Source of the DNA: an uncultured bacterium
GTDB taxonomy: Bacteria; Gemmatimonadota; Gemmatimonadetes; Gemmatimonadales; Gemmatimonadaceae
DNA: 64,000 bases
NCBI GenBank assembly: GCA_963978095.1
Contig: CAXBQP010000001.1
Location: 89,095 to 153,094, forward strand
Reading direction: 5' to 3'
Part shown: in pieces, positions 61,287-64,000 of the stretch
Layout of the letters: each line of letters begins with the position of its first letter
Position numbering within the stretch: the first letter of the stretch is position 1
Translations under genes and position numbers: made by a program
The notes under the pieces: generated by a model
The model's database searches: none
What the model was told of the DNA's origin: nothing
What the model saw: the letters and a program-made list of their open reading frames with translations, nothing else

Positions 61287-62245
61287 CCGTCCCCGCGTCG
61301 GGCGCCCCCATGCGCGAGCGTGCGGGGCCGTGGATCGCGTCGATCCATGATGATCTGACCGCGCTCTTCGAACGCCTCGATGCGGGGACGCGCTTCACCG
61401 AGGACCGGTGGGACCGTGCGGGAGGGGGCGGCGGCGTCACGCGCGTGATGGTCGACGGCGCCACATTCGAGAAAGCCGGGATCAATCGTTCCGAAGTCTT
61501 CGGCGTGCTGGCTCCGGCCGCAGCCGCTCGACTTGGCGGGATCGGCGTGTCACAGGGCGAGACGCATTTCTACGCCACCGGCGTGAGCCTGGTGATTCAT
61601 CCGCGCAGTCCGATGATTCCCACCGTGCACTTGAACGTGCGCTACTTCGAGCTGAGCGACGCGCACGGCCATGTCACCGATGCCTGGTTCGGCGGTGGAA
61701 CCGACCTGACGCCGATGTACCCGCATCCGGAGGATCCCGCGCATTTCCATCGGGCCCTCAAGACGATCTGTGACGCGCATCATCCGACCTTCCACCCACG
61801 TTTCAAGGCGTGGTGTGACGAATACTTCACGAACAAGCACCGCGAGGGCGAGGCGCGCGGGTGCGGCGGGATATTCTTCGATCACATGCGCGCCGACACC
61901 GATGCGAGCGGCCTCGCGCTCGCGCCGCTGCAGGCCTTCGTGGATGCGGTGGGACGCTCGCTGCACACGGCGTACGCGCCGATCGTCGAGCAGCGCCGCG
62001 GCGAGCCGTGGGGAGACGCCGAACGCCAGTACCAACTGCTCCGTCGCGGCCGGTATGTGGAGTTCAATCTGCTGCACGACCGCGGTACGATTTTCGGCCT
62101 GCAGACCGACGCACGGGTGGAAAGCGTGCTGATGAGCCTCCCGCCGCTGGCGGCGTGGGAGTATGCGCCGCACTACGAGGAGGGCTCGTTCCAAGCGCGA
62201 CTCCTGACGATGCTCCGCCCGCGCGATTGGTGCGCGGGCGCGTAG
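61283..62245 (+). CDS. hemF: Oxygen-dependent coproporphyrinogen III oxidase
   Basis: 'FEKAGINRSEVFG', 'RRGRYVEFNLLHDRGTIFGL' and 'RGCGGIFFD'. The ATG overlaps the hemE stop (ATGA). Confidence 0.9.
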   Translation: MTVPASGAPMRERAGPWIASIHDDLTALFERLDAGTRFTEDRWDRAGGGGGVTRVMVDGATFEKAGINRSEVFGVLAPAAAARLGGIGVSQGETHFYATGVSLVIHPRSPMIPTVHLNVRYFELSDAHGHVTDAWFGGGTDLTPMYPHPEDPAHFHRALKTICDAHHPTFHPRFKAWCDEYFTNKHREGEARGCGGIFFDHMRADTDASGLALAPLQAFVDAVGRSLHTAYAPIVEQRRGEPWGDAERQYQLLRRGRYVEFNLLHDRGTIFGLQTDARVESVLMSLPPLAAWEYAPHYEEGSFQARLLTMLRPRDWCAGA

Positions 62246-62246
62246 C

Positions 62247-62909
62247 GTGGATCGGGTGCGGCCATTCGAGGGTGCCTCCGACACGCTGTCGGCACAGCTG
62301 CGCGACCGCACCAAGGACGCGCATCACGCCGCCGAACGCAGCGGCGTGATGGCGGCGTTGTTGCGCGGCCAGATGACGCGCAGCACCTACGCCCTGTTGC
62401 TGCGCAGCCTGCATCCGATCTATGACGCGCTCGAGCGGGGCCTGGCGAGCGCGGCGCACGATCCGTGGATCGCTCCGATCCACGCCCCGCGGGTCTGGCG
62501 CACGGCCGCCCTCGAGCGGGATCTGGTGTATTTCGCCGGCCCCGCGTGGGCTGCGTTGCCGATCGCGCCGGCGGCCATGGGTTACGCACAGCGGCTGGAC
62601 GCGCTCCGGCGCGAGCACCCGGGGCAGCTCGTCGCCCACGCCTATGTCCGGTATCTCGGTGACCTCAATGGCGGACAGATCCTCGCCCGGGTGGTGCGAA
62701 AGGCGCTCGGGTTGACTGACGCGGCCGGGACGGCGTTCTACGAGTTCGCGGAGATCGACGACCTGCGCGCGGAGTCCGGCCGGTGGCGGGCCGCGCTGGA
62801 CGCGGTGCCGGCCGACCTGGAAGGCCGCGCGCGCCTCGCCGACGAGGCACTCGTCGGGTTCGACTTGCACATCCGGATGTTCGCCGAGATCGCGGCGCTG
62901 GCAGCGTAG
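62247..62909 (+). CDS. Biliverdin-producing heme oxygenase (BphO/HmuO type)
   Basis: 'LRDRTKDAHHAAE' carries the proximal His, and 'YVRYLGDLNGGQ' is the distal helix. GTG start 1 nt after the hemF stop. Confidence 0.8.
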   Translation: MDRVRPFEGASDTLSAQLRDRTKDAHHAAERSGVMAALLRGQMTRSTYALLLRSLHPIYDALERGLASAAHDPWIAPIHAPRVWRTAALERDLVYFAGPAWAALPIAPAAMGYAQRLDALRREHPGQLVAHAYVRYLGDLNGGQILARVVRKALGLTDAAGTAFYEFAEIDDLRAESGRWRAALDAVPADLEGRARLADEALVGFDLHIRMFAEIAALAA

Positions 62910-62920
62910 GGCCGTCGGCG

Positions 62921-64000
62921 CTACGGCGCGCCGTCGGGACCGATGTAGCTCGACAGGATACTGGTCAGATGCGCGGCGTGCCGGGTGGAATCCTCCACTT
63001 CCCGCAGCAGCGGTGCGACGGAGGCCACCGTGACGGCGTCGGCGATCTCGCTCACGGCGACGCCCGCGTTGGCCCAGATGGCGGCCATGAGTCCCTGCAG
63101 GTCCGGGGGGAGATCGCGGGCGCCAGGGAGGGCCGGTTGCTGCGCGCGCAGAATTGCATGTTGGAGTCGCAGGCGCGCGGCCTCGGTCGCCTTCCGTGCG
63201 GTGAGGTCCGTCAGCATCACGATGAATCCGAGCGCCGTGCCGTGCGGGCCCGGGACTTGGTCGGCGCGCACGGCGACCGGCACCGACACGCCGTCGCCAG
63301 CCACGAGCGCGAGTTCGCCGCGCCACGGCCGTCGTTCGTTGCGGACGCCGTGCACCATCTGCAGGAACCGCTGGGGCTCCGTGAAATGCGGCGCGAGATC
63401 GACCAGCGATTCCCAGGCACGGTGCGGACGCCGGATCATGCCGCCGAGCGCATCGTTCGCGATCAGGATGCGACCGTTGGCGTCGGCGATGATGACCGGC
63501 TCGGTGGAGCGTTCGACCGCCGTACGCACGCGTTGGAGCTGGTTTTCGGCGATCAGGACGCGCACTGCGCGGATTTGCAGGATCAGATCCGTCAGTGAGG
63601 CTCCGACGGCGCGCGCCAGCGCGAGCTCCCTCGGCTCCCAGGGCGACGCCGTGTCGCGCACGATCTGGTGCCACTCGGCGAACGAGCGGCGGGGTGACAG
63701 CTCCCGGGGATCGTTCCCCATGACCACCTTGTGGGGATCACCGCCCCAGACGACGTCGTGCAGCTGCTCCTTGCGGAACCACGCGAAATATTCGCCAGTG
63801 CCCGGCGCCAATTCGATGGCCAGCACGCCGCTCGCCAGCGGCGAGAGCGACGCCAGTCCGGGATTCAGCCGCGAGATGGCGTTGCTCTGAAAGAGCGAGC
63901 CATCGTTGCGTCCCTGCAGCCAGGCAAAGAGCGCGCGCAGTTCGACCGTGGAGGGGACATCGCCGGCCGTCATGAGTTCGCCCTCATACATGAGCGCGGC
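62921..64000 (-). CDS. Bacteriophytochrome, C-terminal part only (PHY tongue + PAS + helical output; no kinase domain); 5' end outside the window
   Basis: PHY-tongue motifs 'WGGDP' and 'PRRSFAEW' are followed by the PAS segment 'EPVIIADANGRILIANDA..' and a ~95-aa helical C-terminus. No H-box or HATPase motifs are present. The frame is open to the window edge. Confidence 0.75.
   Translation of the reverse strand, partial: AALMYEGELMTAGDVPSTVELRALFAWLQGRNDGSLFQSNAISRLNPGLASLSPLASGVLAIELAPGTGEYFAWFRKEQLHDVVWGGDPHKVVMGNDPRELSPRRSFAEWHQIVRDTASPWEPRELALARAVGASLTDLILQIRAVRVLIAENQLQRVRTAVERSTEPVIIADANGRILIANDALGGMIRRPHRAWESLVDLAPHFTEPQRFLQMVHGVRNERRPWRGELALVAGDGVSVPVAVRADQVPGPHGTALGFIVMLTDLTARKATEAARLRLQHAILRAQQPALPGARDLPPDLQGLMAAIWANAGVAVSEIADAVTVASVAPLLREVEDSTRHAAHLTSILSSYIGPDGAP

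Overview
High-GC bacterial chromosomal segment, GC judged by eye and not computed. There are no rRNA or tRNA genes, CRISPR arrays, transposases or integrases that I can see.

Positions 1-22.2 kb carry ordinary metabolic and housekeeping genes: a cutC fragment, hydrolases, an aminotransferase, proline dehydrogenase, a GMC oxidoreductase trio, an M20 amidase, msrB-msrA, threonine dehydratase, an SDR, a cupin, a DEAD-box helicase, and a sensor-less HisKA_3 kinase with a NarL-type regulator. Several of these have Tat signals or carboxypeptidase-regulatory-like repeats.

Positions 22.2-64 kb are an essentially complete anoxygenic type-2 reaction-centre photosynthesis gene cluster (PGC). In window order:
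- (-) bchI-bchD-puhE
- (+) crtF, then bchCXYZ
- (-) bchO
- (+) pufB-pufA-pufA'-pufL-pufM-pufC
- (-) bchFNBHLM-orf109-acsF-lhaA-puhA(split)-puhB-puhC
- (+) ppaA/aerR-ppsR
- (+) bchG-pucC-like-bciB-like-bchP-tspO-hemA-hemE-hemF-heme oxygenase
- (-) a kinase-less bacteriophytochrome running off the window.

The most unusual points:
1. puhA is split into two translationally coupled ORFs, a TM part and a cytoplasmic part.
2. One pufB is followed by two divergent pufA genes.
3. PufM carries a roughly 100-aa Ala/Pro-rich C-terminal extension, with similar tails on PufC and PufA'.
4. A 109-aa membrane-anchored ORF is coupled to acsF.
5. Four promoter regions carry tandem TGT-N12-ACA (PpsR/CrtJ-type) operators, and in three of them a half-site itself supplies a -35-like hexamer. 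The puf promoter has none.
6. The regulatory module combines PpsR, a B12-binding antirepressor, a PAS-output phytochrome and heme oxygenase.
7. Only oxygen-dependent cyclase/oxidase enzymes are present.

The gene order and the split H subunit match what I recall of phototrophic Gemmatimonadota (Gemmatimonas phototrophica type). That assignment is inference from memory and needs a database search.
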